Assembly (NCBI GenBank): GCA_964514965.1
Contig: CAZETV010000002.1
Span: 37,547 to 101,546, forward strand
DNA length: 64,000 bases
Origin: Candidatus Hadarchaeota archaeon
GTDB lineage: Archaea > Hadarchaeota > Hadarchaeia > Hadarchaeales > Hadarchaeaceae
Direction of reading: 5' to 3'
Below are positions 11,529 to 20,118 of this stretch, one piece after another. The position numbers and the translations under genes are program-made. A model generated the notes under the pieces. It saw nothing but the letters and a program-made list of their open reading frames with translations. It searched no databases and was not told where the DNA came from. Positions within the stretch are counted from its first letter, which is position 1. Every line of letters begins with the position of its first letter.

Positions 11529-12278
11529 GCGTCCGAACTAGAATTCATACCCGTTGTAATCGTTCTCGCAGCGGTTTGCATAGCCAACTACACGGACCTA
11601 CGGAAGCGAATAATACCCAACCGGCTCACGTTTCCGCTCATAGGAATTGGCATCGTTTTTTACGTGCTACTCGGTATTTGGCGCTGGGACTTCTGGACAG
11701 CTATATCTGGGGCGCTTGGGGCCGCAATAGCATTTGTAATCGGCTACTTGATGTGGCGCATAGGTGGCTGGGCCGGGGGTGATGTAAAGCTCTACACGGC
11801 TTTAGGGGCTCTGCTGCCATTCTATCCTGCACCATATGTCGAAAACGTGCCCTACCCATTCCCCATCACGATATTGTTTAACTCGGTCATCGCCATCTTG
11901 CCGATTCTGCTCGTTTACGCTGCAATCTGTCGCATTCGCGGACGAGGCATGCTCTATGAACAAGTCAAAATCACTGAACTCAAAGAGGGCATGATTCCTG
12001 CCGAGACAATTTACGAGAAAGACGGTAAAGTCAGGCGCGGGAGCTCAAAATTTGGGCTGAAACTAAATTACGATCGCCTTTATACTAACCCTAGGCGGGC
12101 AGCTGGTCTCACGCGTTATCAAGTCGGGGCGCTTAAGCGTCTGGTTCGTGAACGAAAACTGAAGAACTATATAAAACTCAAAAAAGGTATACCATTCGCC
12201 CCCGCACTCGGATTGGGTGTGTTCATCGCTATTTTCTACGGCGATTTATACTGGGGATTGATACGCAGTCTTATTTGA
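11529..12278 (+). CDS. type IV prepilin/preflagellin peptidase (A24 family); N-terminus lacks a canonical start codon in frame
   Basis: The ORF called from GTG at 11664 contains the GGDVKL motif. The in-frame upstream stretch back to the stop at 11526 encodes a TM helix plus the catalytic-Asp motif (NYTDLRKRIIPNRLT) but contains no ATG, GTG or TTG. A TTG at 11525 lies in a different frame. Confidence 0.6.
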   Translation, partial: ASELEFIPVVIVLAAVCIANYTDLRKRIIPNRLTFPLIGIGIVFYVLLGIWRWDFWTAISGALGAAIAFVIGYLMWRIGGWAGGDVKLYTALGALLPFYPAPYVENVPYPFPITILFNSVIAILPILLVYAAICRIRGRGMLYEQVKITELKEGMIPAETIYEKDGKVRRGSSKFGLKLNYDRLYTNPRRAAGLTRYQVGALKRLVRERKLKNYIKLKKGIPFAPALGLGVFIAIFYGDLYWGLIRSLI

Positions 12279-12289
12279 AAAATCATGTT

Positions 12290-12535
12290 CTATTTGGGGC
12301 ACAGCAAAAGATGTCTAACCTCCCCCGATGTCAGGAGAATCCGATCCGACTCGATGAACGCCAGTACCTTGCCCTTAGCCGCAAGCACGCACTCTGCCGC
12401 CGCTAGCAGTGCGGCCAAATCTTGAAATCTCCACACCGAATGCTGCACCAACTGCGCGTTACACTTCAAATAGTGATTCATCTTTCGCCTTGCGTCGCTT
12501 CGACCATCTAGGTCGTAAACAAGCAGATACGCCAT
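12290..12535 (-). CDS. Cas2-like small nuclease-fold protein (orphan)
   Basis: From Met-28 of the called ORF, MAYLLVYDLDGRSDARRKMNHYLKCNAQLVQHSVWRF matches the Cas2 pattern (M..LV.YD., RR.K, G.RVQNSVFEC). There is no cas1 and no array nearby. Confidence 0.45.
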   Translation of the reverse strand: MAYLLVYDLDGRSDARRKMNHYLKCNAQLVQHSVWRFQDLAALLAAAECVLAAKGKVLAFIESDRILLTSGEVRHLLLCPK

Positions 12536-12560
12536 GTCATCACCTGTCCTATTCAGAACG

Positions 12561-12884
12561 CTACGCCACGGGTTTGCCACCTTTGAGCATAACTTCCCTT
12601 CCGTCGTCGCCCTCATCGTAGAGCACCCAAGTAAGCCTAGGTGTCGCTGCAGACATGCGTCTCACCGTTAGAACAATCCGTAGTCTTTCCTCGCGGCTGC
12701 GAACTTGGGTGAATCCCCATCGAGCGTCGCGCGGCTCCATTCCTTCGAGGATATCTGATTTCCGCCACAGCTTTATGCGTTCGTTAAAACTGCGTTGCAT
12801 GTTGAACTCCTCCTTAAGAGCCCGAAGCGCTTGGAGTTCACCGGGGCAAACGGCTTCGAGGGTCTGATAATGAATCAGTTCCAT
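12561..12884 (-). CDS. small protein of uncharacterised paralogous family (paralog A)
   Basis: Starts MELIHYQTLEAV. It shares IKLWR..WGFT.V...R.R..V......TPRLTW...DEG with ORF 30977-31288 and carries the same conserved promoter/5' module. Confidence 0.5.
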   Translation of the reverse strand: MELIHYQTLEAVCPGELQALRALKEEFNMQRSFNERIKLWRKSDILEGMEPRDARWGFTQVRSREERLRIVLTVRRMSAATPRLTWVLYDEGDDGREVMLKGGKPVA

Positions 12885-12935
12885 TTCTCCCGCCGAGGAG
12901 TTGGGTGGGGGTTGTTTATAAAGATGCAAATTTTA
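12850..12935 (-). repeat. copy 1 of conserved promoter + 5'-coding module (TTTATAAACAACCCCCACCCAA..CTCGGCGGGAgAAATGG...)
   Basis: The reverse complement aligns with 30226-30320 and 30935-31030: TATA box, about 22-nt leader, then the first roughly 13 codons. Confidence 0.7.
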
Positions 12936-12992
12936 GCCATGTGCCTTGCCGACAATCGTTTATGGACACGTGGCTATTCTGAAGTGAACGAT

Positions 12993-13256
12993 ATGCCAGA
13001 AATTTACTATGTTTACCTTCTGATGAGCCTGAAGGACGAGAAGTTTTACACGGGGCAGACCACCAACCTCAAAAATCGTCTCGCACAGCACAATCGAGGC
13101 AGGGTGCGTTCGACCAAGGCAAGAAGACCGTTCAAACTCGTCTATTGGGAATCTCTCGAAACGCGCAGCGCCGCAATGAAACGTGAGCGCAAGTTGAAAT
13201 CACTCAAACACGCTTATAAACTGAAGTTGGTCAAAGTGTTCAACGAGGTAAAATAG
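12993..13256 (+). CDS. GIY-YIG domain nuclease-family protein (stand-alone URI domain)
   Basis: EIYYVYLL...YTGQTTNLKNRLAQHN..G, followed by a conserved Arg, Glu and RERKLK. Internal Met at 12993 is the likely start. Confidence 0.7.
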   Translation: MPEIYYVYLLMSLKDEKFYTGQTTNLKNRLAQHNRGRVRSTKARRPFKLVYWESLETRSAAMKRERKLKSLKHAYKLKLVKVFNEVK

Positions 13257-13303
13257 ATCAGATATATTTTTTAAGCGTCAAAATAACCTAATCTGGGATT
13301 TAG

Positions 13304-13807
13304 TTGGGGGAAAGAGCTTTAGGTTGGGGTCTAAAACTGCTTGGAATAGCTCTGTTTGTGGGCCCGTTCCTCGCAGCATTTGCTATTCACAACTGGGACC
13401 TTCAAGCGACCGTGATGCCGAGTCAAGAGGAAATGAATGACTTGGAGGAAACGGTGAGTGGATTATTTGGTGGGGGGTTCTCAGAAAACACATTTACATT
13501 AGAGAATCCAACCTACAGCGGCGGGATGATTCAGATACATGTGAGATTCACATCTCCCCTCAATCTACCAATTAAGATTACAAATATCTCCATTACTGTA
13601 TCAGACCAAGGTCTAGTAGTGGCTCACGTGGAGATGGAGGAGACTGAGGTAGAAATTTCCGCCAATGAACCGGTGAATTTTACACTAATCGGATCGTACA
13701 CGGGAACACCTCTGGTTGATCCACAGTTCACCGACATGGACATAACACTTGAGGCTTACGGCGTAACTTTACAGTTACAAATGGTGCAGGGCGGGGGGGT
13801 CGCCTAG
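13304..13807 (+). CDS. membrane-anchored protein with LEA-2/WHy-like beta domain
   Basis: N-terminal TM helix, then a beta-rich region (TFTLENPTYSGGMIQIHVRFTSPLNLPIKITNISITV). Confidence 0.35.
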   Translation: MGERALGWGLKLLGIALFVGPFLAAFAIHNWDLQATVMPSQEEMNDLEETVSGLFGGGFSENTFTLENPTYSGGMIQIHVRFTSPLNLPIKITNISITVSDQGLVVAHVEMEETEVEISANEPVNFTLIGSYTGTPLVDPQFTDMDITLEAYGVTLQLQMVQGGGVA

Positions 13808-13808
13808 G

Positions 13809-14492
13809 ATGGAAACTATCTTCCCTAAGACTACCCGCGGGCCAAAGAGGCGCTTGGGGTCTATAAACTGGTTTGGTCTGGTCGCTGGCGCGTTGATGCT
13901 GATAATACCGTTTCTGGGTCCGTGGTGGCAAGCCACGGTCGGAACCGGAGCAATGGAAGTCGCTCTCTCTCCATTCGACTACAGTATAAGTTTGTTGGGA
14001 CAGCCAATCTCTTCGACATTGGTAGGATACTTCCTCTTGGCGGCTAAACTCTCGGTCATAATCGGAGGGTTGCTGATGATTGTCGGCTCCGTGGGGGCCA
14101 AGCGATGGTGGGGCCGGCGATTAGTTCGATTCGGGGCGATGAAAGTGTTTTGGATGCTTATTGGGCTCATCGTGTTGCTAGTGTTGGGTGCCTTTCTATT
14201 GAACAGCATCTTGCCCGGTATGCTTTCCGGCATGGCGGGTGGAGCCGGAGGCGTGACGATGCAAATAAATGCGCCCTATATCATCGGGAGCACAATGTCA
14301 ACTGTTCAGATCGGCACCATGGCAACCATAACTGCTCCGATAACTGCCTCCCTCACTTGGGTCTTTTGGTTCGCCGTAGTTGTAGCTGCATTGGGTTTCG
14401 CGGCGCGGATATACCACCGACGGTTTACGGTGCCTAAGAAACTAATGGTAAAGTCAGCGAAAGATGAGGCAACAGAAGTGCCCCTTATATAA
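13809..14492 (+). CDS. polytopic membrane protein
   Basis: About 6 predicted TM helices with Gly-rich loops. Translationally coupled to the upstream ORF. Confidence 0.4.
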   Translation: METIFPKTTRGPKRRLGSINWFGLVAGALMLIIPFLGPWWQATVGTGAMEVALSPFDYSISLLGQPISSTLVGYFLLAAKLSVIIGGLLMIVGSVGAKRWWGRRLVRFGAMKVFWMLIGLIVLLVLGAFLLNSILPGMLSGMAGGAGGVTMQINAPYIIGSTMSTVQIGTMATITAPITASLTWVFWFAVVVAALGFAARIYHRRFTVPKKLMVKSAKDEATEVPLI

Positions 14493-14594
14493 CAAGGAAT
14501 CCGAACAAACAAAAATAAAATCTTTATTTTGAGTGTTATCAGTCCCATCATTTACTCGATATGCAAAAATCTTGTTCATTTTGCATATTTTTGA

Positions 14595-14671
14595 TGGTGC
14601 GGCCGGCGGGATTCGAACCCGCGCTACAGGCTTGGAGGGCCTGAGTCCTAGCCAGGCTGGACCACGACCGC
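14595..14671 (-). tRNA. tRNA, probably Gly (anticodon UCC), CCA encoded
   Basis: The reverse complement folds as a cloverleaf: acceptor GCGGUCG/CGGCCGC, D-arm GUCC/GGAC, anticodon stem CAGGC/GCCUG with loop CCUCCAA, T-arm GCGGG-UUCGAAU-CCCGC, and a 3' CCA. Position 33 is C, which is atypical. Confidence 0.7.
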
Positions 14672-14774
14672 ACAAATTACACCTTCATTCCACACAAATT
14701 AAGCTTTTAAAATTTTATCGGCAATGATGTAGTGGTGCTACATAGTTATATAGCGGCAATACATATTAGATTCG

Positions 14775-15128
14775 ATGCCCATGAAAAACAAAGATAGTGA
14801 GTGGCGAGCCAACTTACACAGAGAGATGAGGCGAGGATTTCTGAGTATGTGGATGCTTTGGACCTTGAAGAAGAAAGGAACCAGAATGTACGGTTATGAA
14901 ATCATCCAAGCTCTTCGGGAGAAATGGGGAGGTAGGTGGGAGCCAAAAGCTGGGACGATATATCCTATTCTACGAAGGCTTGAAAAGAAAGGTTTTGTAA
15001 AGAGCGAGTGGACTACACCCAAGACCAAAGGATTAAGCCGTCGGTACTACAAAATTACCTTGAATGGAGTAAAGGCCGCCGAAGCGATATTTTCTGAGTG
15101 GAAAAAGATGATGGTGGGCTTCAAATAA
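14775..15128 (+). CDS. PadR-family transcriptional regulator
   Basis: YGYEIIQAL...GTIYPILRRLEKKGFV is the PadR wHTH signature. Confidence 0.8.
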   Translation: MPMKNKDSEWRANLHREMRRGFLSMWMLWTLKKKGTRMYGYEIIQALREKWGGRWEPKAGTIYPILRRLEKKGFVKSEWTTPKTKGLSRRYYKITLNGVKAAEAIFSEWKKMMVGFK

Positions 15129-15170
15129 TTTCTCCATGAACTCTTCGGGGTTGATTGAAGAGGTGAGAAA

Positions 15171-16160
15171 ATGAGTTACGCGATAGAAACATACAACTTA
15201 ACACGAAAATTTAACGATATGGTGGCAGTCGACAATGTGAAGCTTCAAATAGAAAAAGGCGAGCTCTTTGGGCTCCTGGGCCCCAACGGAGCGGGCAAGA
15301 CCACACTCATTCACATGCTTTGTACGATCCTGCCCCCAACTGAAGGCACTGCAAAGGTGGCAGGCTTCAATATCCGCGATAAACAAGATTCGGTTCGAAA
15401 ATCAATCGGCATAACCTTTCAGGACCCCTCCCTCGATAACCGTCTCACGGGCAGGGAGAACCTCGACTTTCACGGGCGGATCTATGGGATGGACAAAACC
15501 CAGCGAGATAAGCGAATTGCCGAAGTCCTAAGACTTGTAGGATTAGAGAACCGTGCAAACGCTCTGGCGCAAACCTACTCAAGCGGGATGCGGAGGAGGC
15601 TTGAGATAGCAAGAGGACTCATGCACCGCCCGAAGATAATGTTCTTGGACGAGCCCACTCTTGGACTAGACCCCCAGACGCGCAGAACCATCTGGAACCA
15701 CATCCAGATGCTCAGCAAACAGGAAAAGATCACGATTTTGTTGACGACGCACTACATGGAAGAAGCCGATTACCTCTGCAACCGAGTTGGTATCATCGAT
15801 CACGGACGGATTATAGCGCTTGATAAGCCAGAGAAGCTCAAGGACCAGCTCGAAGGTGATATAGTTTCTCTAGAAGTTTCCCAGCCGAAAAAGTACGTTG
15901 AGATTTTCAAAGGTAGCAAGTACGTGAAGGAAGTAACGATAGTTGGGGACTATTTGCGCCTCACCGTCACTGGCGGCGAGAAGACAATCCCGAAGCTGAT
16001 GGAGATAGTCACAAGACGTGGGGACAAGGTGCGCTCGGTGGGTTTGAGAAGCCCAACACTTGAAGACGTTTTCATCCGCTACACGGGTAGGGGAATCCGC
16101 GAGGAAGAGAGTGGAGTAAAGGAGCGAATGCGCATGCGGATGAGGAGACACATGAGGTGA
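15171..16160 (+). CDS. ABC transporter ATP-binding protein (ABC-2/DrrA-like)
   Basis: GPNGAGKTT Walker A, LSGG-like YSSGMRRRL signature, MFLDEPT Walker B and an H-loop. Ends in an Arg/Met-rich tail. Confidence 0.9.
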   Translation: MSYAIETYNLTRKFNDMVAVDNVKLQIEKGELFGLLGPNGAGKTTLIHMLCTILPPTEGTAKVAGFNIRDKQDSVRKSIGITFQDPSLDNRLTGRENLDFHGRIYGMDKTQRDKRIAEVLRLVGLENRANALAQTYSSGMRRRLEIARGLMHRPKIMFLDEPTLGLDPQTRRTIWNHIQMLSKQEKITILLTTHYMEEADYLCNRVGIIDHGRIIALDKPEKLKDQLEGDIVSLEVSQPKKYVEIFKGSKYVKEVTIVGDYLRLTVTGGEKTIPKLMEIVTRRGDKVRSVGLRSPTLEDVFIRYTGRGIREEESGVKERMRMRMRRHMR

Positions 16161-16164
16161 CCGG

Positions 16165-16923
16165 ATGAGCGCCCAAGCGGTTTACGTGCTCTGGCTTCGC
16201 GACATGAAGTGGTTCCTGCGAGCTAGAGCTAGGATAATATCAACTTTCGTGATGCCATTCTTCTTTCTCACGATATTGGGGGTAGGCTTGGGAGGGATGA
16301 TCCAGATGCCAGGGGGCGAAAGTTTCATCGATTGGCTGGCTCCGGGGATAGTTGGTATGGCAATTCTCTTCAGTGCAACGATGTCAGGCGTTTCGGTTCT
16401 GTGGGACAAGCAGTTCGGGTTCATGAAAGAAATCCTAGTCGCTCCGGTCTCGCGATTATCTATCATGCTCGGCAAGACATTCGGAGGGGCAACGACTTCA
16501 ATCATTCAAGGGTTATTGCTATTTTTCATCGCCGGATTGATCGGGGTAAAGATGCCGGGTGTGGCGGGTTTCCTCCTAGCTTTCCTTTTCATGGTCATTC
16601 TAGCGCTGGGTTTTGTCAGTCTGGGGCTGGCAATCGCGTCTAGGCTAGATGACCCGGTGGCGTTCCCAATCGTGATGAACTTTCTCGTCATGCCACTCTT
16701 TTTCCTCTCGGGGGCTTTTTTCATGATTAACACCGCGCCCGGATGGTTGCAAACCTTTGCGTACTTTAACCCAGTAACCTACGGGGTAGATGGACTGCGG
16801 GGAGCTATCCTCGGGGGTTCTTACTCTCAGTTCCCGCTATGGCTGGACTTCGCTGTTTTGGCAATCTTCTCGTTGCTAATGATCTTATTGGGCGCATATC
16901 TGTTCAAAAAAACGAAAGCATAA
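16165..16923 (+). CDS. ABC-2 type transporter permease
   Basis: Six TM helices, immediately downstream of the ATPase. Confidence 0.8.
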   Translation: MSAQAVYVLWLRDMKWFLRARARIISTFVMPFFFLTILGVGLGGMIQMPGGESFIDWLAPGIVGMAILFSATMSGVSVLWDKQFGFMKEILVAPVSRLSIMLGKTFGGATTSIIQGLLLFFIAGLIGVKMPGVAGFLLAFLFMVILALGFVSLGLAIASRLDDPVAFPIVMNFLVMPLFFLSGAFFMINTAPGWLQTFAYFNPVTYGVDGLRGAILGGSYSQFPLWLDFAVLAIFSLLMILLGAYLFKKTKA

Positions 16924-17192
16924 AAATTTGAAAGCTATGATTCCCGACTAGCGCGCTGCTCGCTCTGACAGTGTTTATCCCGATTATTCTCGAATCTTCA
17001 AGGCTTCTACTTAAGCATGACAACTAAGGCCGAGGCCACTATCGAAAGAACGAAGAGAATGACGAGGATCAGCGCCAAAAGTGTTTTCGTGCTTTCTTTC
17101 ATCTCAGCCACCTTAATTGTCTCACAGTATCGGACTAAATTTATACGCCATGCAGATATTAACACATTTGTAAACGTTCAAAGGGTGAGGTT

Positions 17193-17414
17193 GTGCCCAT
17201 TGAAGGTTATGCGGAGTACAAAAGCAGGGAATTTTGCAAGGATGTGAAGTGCCCAGTCCAGCTTCTGCTTGACACCAGGGAAAAAGGGTCGGAAGAGCAC
17301 GAGAGAATACGCAAGATATGCAAGGCGGGATGTTTGCACACTACCCGTGAGTTTCACTACTGGTTGATTGACAAAGGATATTTAATCGTGAAACCAGAAA
17401 AGAAAGAGGTGTGA
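17193..17414 (+). CDS. small 4-Cys protein (hypothetical)
   Basis: 73 aa with four cysteines. Its stop overlaps the start of the aldolase gene. Confidence 0.3.
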   Translation: MPIEGYAEYKSREFCKDVKCPVQLLLDTREKGSEEHERIRKICKAGCLHTTREFHYWLIDKGYLIVKPEKKEV

Positions 17415-18220
17415 ATATGGATTGGGGAATGAAAAACAGACTTGCTCAACTGATCCAACGTGACGGCAAGGCTCTCTTCTTGCCTATAGATCACGGGTAT
17501 TTTCAAGGCCCCACACGTAAATTAGAAGAACCCGGTAAAACAGTCGGGCCCCTTCTCCCTTACACGGATGCGATCATGCTCACGAGGGGAATACTGCGAT
17601 CTTCAATAGACCCCAATAACACCAAACCGGTTATTCTCAGAGTCTCTGGCGGCACGAGCATGGCTAGAAAAGAGGAACTATCTCACGAGGGGATTACCAC
17701 CTCTGTGAAAGAAGCTATCCGGCTCAACGCCAGCGCGGTGTCCCTATCCATCTTCGTGGGCAGCGAGCATGAGCACGAAACTCTGTTGAATTTATCGAAT
17801 CTCGTCAACGAGTGCGAGGAGTACGGTATTCCAGTAATGGCAGTCACGGCTGTTGGCAAAGAGCTCGAAAAGCGTGAAGCACGATATCTCGCTTTGGCCT
17901 GCAGGATAGCCGCGGAGTTGGGCGCGCGGGTGGTTAAAACGTACTATTGTAAAGAGGGTTTTGAAAAGGTCACAAGAGGTTGCCCCGTCCCGGTGGTCAT
18001 AGCGGGTGGACCAAAAGCAGAGTCCGAGCTTGAAGTATTCGAATTCATTCACGATGGGATTCAGAAGGGTTCCATAGGCGTGAATTTGGGGCGAAACGTT
18101 TGGCAGCACGATTACCCAGTGGCAATGATTCGCGCGATTCGTTCGATAATACATGAAGGCGCCACTCCGAAAGAAGCGCAGAAATTATTCGACGAAATTA
18201 AAAGCGGCAAGAAAAAGTGA
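17411..18220 (+). CDS. DhnA-family class I aldolase (fructose-bisphosphate aldolase / ADH synthase AroA'-like)
   Basis: The Schiff-base lysine region VVKTYY, followed by GCPVPVVIAGGPK and NLGRNVWQH, closely resembles methanogen ADH synthase/FBP aldolase. Confidence 0.75.
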   Translation: MNMDWGMKNRLAQLIQRDGKALFLPIDHGYFQGPTRKLEEPGKTVGPLLPYTDAIMLTRGILRSSIDPNNTKPVILRVSGGTSMARKEELSHEGITTSVKEAIRLNASAVSLSIFVGSEHEHETLLNLSNLVNECEEYGIPVMAVTAVGKELEKREARYLALACRIAAELGARVVKTYYCKEGFEKVTRGCPVPVVIAGGPKAESELEVFEFIHDGIQKGSIGVNLGRNVWQHDYPVAMIRAIRSIIHEGATPKEAQKLFDEIKSGKKK

Positions 18221-18337
18221 CGTGTGCTATAAAGTCGTAATTTTCTCTTGCAAACCTTTACACAATTTTTTTATAACATGAAGTTAAATAATGGATATCA
18301 GCAACCGAGATGGATAAATCGATAGTGAGGTGGTTTT

Positions 18338-18574
18338 ATGAAAAAGTTGGTAAAAGTTTACTCTACATCCACATGCCCTTACTGTGCTATGGCTAAAGCA
18401 TTTTTGAAGGAGAAAAATATTCCTTTTGAAGATGTAGACGTGGGAGCCAATCCTGAAGCGGCAAATGAGATGATTGAAAAATCAGGCCAGATGGGCGTGC
18501 CGGTAATTGAAATTGACGGTAAGATAATAGTTGGATTTAACAAGGAAGCAATTTCTCAGGAATTAGGAATCTAG
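18338..18574 (+). CDS. glutaredoxin-like protein
   Basis: VYSTSTCPYCAMAKAFL has the CPYC active site and a thioredoxin fold. Confidence 0.75.
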   Translation: MKKLVKVYSTSTCPYCAMAKAFLKEKNIPFEDVDVGANPEAANEMIEKSGQMGVPVIEIDGKIIVGFNKEAISQELGI

Positions 18575-19474
18575 GTGTATGATCTAATTATCATCGGAGC
18601 AGGTCCCGCGGGCATAACCGCCAGTGTTTACGCGGCAAGAAAAAGAATGAATTTTTTGGTTATTACTCGTGACATTGGAGGGCAAGCAGCGTTAAGTTAC
18701 GATATAAAAAATTACGTCGGTTATCAGTTTATTACCGGGCCAGCTCTGGCGCAAAAATTTAGAGAACATCTGAAGCAATTCAATGTAGAAGCGAAAGAGG
18801 GAGAAAGTGTAACCTTAATAAATAAAGAAGGCGATATTGTAAAAGTGAAAACGGACAAAGGAGAATATACTGCGAAAACTGGGATTATATCTTCTGGAAG
18901 AGTTCCAAGAAAATTGGTCGTTGAAGGAGAAGAAGAATTTAAAAATAGGGGAGTTACATACTGTGCCACTTGTGACGGCCCTTTATTTGCAGATAAAGAG
19001 GTTGCGGTAATCGGAGGCGGAAATTCCGCTTTAGATGCGGTGCTTCAATTAATCAAAATCGCAAAAAAAATTTATCTTATTAACATCGGGGCAAAATTGC
19101 AGGCTGACCCGATAATGATTGAGAAGGCAAAAAATAGTGAAAAGGTGGCCATTTACAATAGCACGAAAGTGGAAAAGATTAACGGCGACACATTTGTTAA
19201 AGGAATCAAAATATCCAGAGAAGGAAAAGAAGAGAACTTAGCAGTGGAAGGAATATTTATCGAAATCGGCTCAACTCCTTCCTCTGATTTCATGAAGAAT
19301 ATAGAAAAAAATGAGATGGGGGAAATAGTAGTAAATTGTAAATGTGAAACCAGTATTCCTGGGATTTTTGCTGCCGGTGATGTGACGAATGTTTATGCCA
19401 AGCAGATAATAGTAGCATGTGGGGAAGGGGCTAAAGCTGCTCTGGCTAGTTTTGAATACATAAGTAAAAAATAA
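18575..19474 (+). CDS. thioredoxin-disulfide reductase-like FAD oxidoreductase
   Basis: DLIIIGAGPAGITASVYAAR FAD motif, CATCDG redox CxxC, a second GGGNSAL NAD(P) motif and a C-terminal GDV. Confidence 0.8.
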   Translation: MYDLIIIGAGPAGITASVYAARKRMNFLVITRDIGGQAALSYDIKNYVGYQFITGPALAQKFREHLKQFNVEAKEGESVTLINKEGDIVKVKTDKGEYTAKTGIISSGRVPRKLVVEGEEEFKNRGVTYCATCDGPLFADKEVAVIGGGNSALDAVLQLIKIAKKIYLINIGAKLQADPIMIEKAKNSEKVAIYNSTKVEKINGDTFVKGIKISREGKEENLAVEGIFIEIGSTPSSDFMKNIEKNEMGEIVVNCKCETSIPGIFAAGDVTNVYAKQIIVACGEGAKAALASFEYISKK

Positions 19475-19541
19475 GTTTGTTCAAGAACCCACCTGAGTCG
19501 TTTTAGAAAGCATAGTAATAAAACGCGGCGAATAACTAAAA

Positions 19542-20045
19542 ATGGAAGTTATTTTGAAAAAACACATAACTTGGAAATCGCGCACGACTTGGCTGGAGAA
19601 ACTGGAGAAAAAGCAAGAGCCCAAAGTAGTAAAGGTTCCGCCAAAAATGAGAAAAAGATTTGGGTCGGGAACGATGCTTGTCGCAACGCCTCTTCTTGTC
19701 GACGCATTAATTCGGAAAGTTAAAAAAGGAAAACTTGTCACCGTGACCCAAATCATGAAACGATTGGCAAAAGATTTCCATGCTGATTCTACTTGCCCGA
19801 TGACTACTGGAATTTTCATTCGAATCGCAGCCGAAGCAGCAGAAGAGAACCTCCGGAGCGGAAATAAAAAAATAACTCCCTACTGGCGGGTACTCAAGAA
19901 AGAAGGCAGATTGAACGAAAAATTCCCGGGCGGTACAAAAGCACAAGCTGCCCGCCTGAAAAAGGAGGGGCACACGATTCAACTAGGGAAAGATAAAACA
20001 CCAATTAAGGTAAAAGATTTTGAAAAATCCTTACAGAAGCTCTGA
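19542..20045 (+). CDS. possible alkyltransferase-like (MGMT DNA-binding domain, active-site Cys replaced) protein
   Basis: TVTQIMKRLAKDF...ITPYWRVLKKEGRLNEKFPGG..AARLKKEG parallels the MGMT TY..IA...IPCHRVV...G.L.GY..G...K..LL..EG, with Y-W in place of C-H. Confidence 0.4.
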   Translation: MEVILKKHITWKSRTTWLEKLEKKQEPKVVKVPPKMRKRFGSGTMLVATPLLVDALIRKVKKGKLVTVTQIMKRLAKDFHADSTCPMTTGIFIRIAAEAAEENLRSGNKKITPYWRVLKKEGRLNEKFPGGTKAQAARLKKEGHTIQLGKDKTPIKVKDFEKSLQKL

Positions 20046-20118
20046 TTTTTGTAAATTTTCGCAGGGATTGAGTTTGACGGTTGCACATTTCAGCTCGGGA
20101 TACGCACAGACCTTGAAC

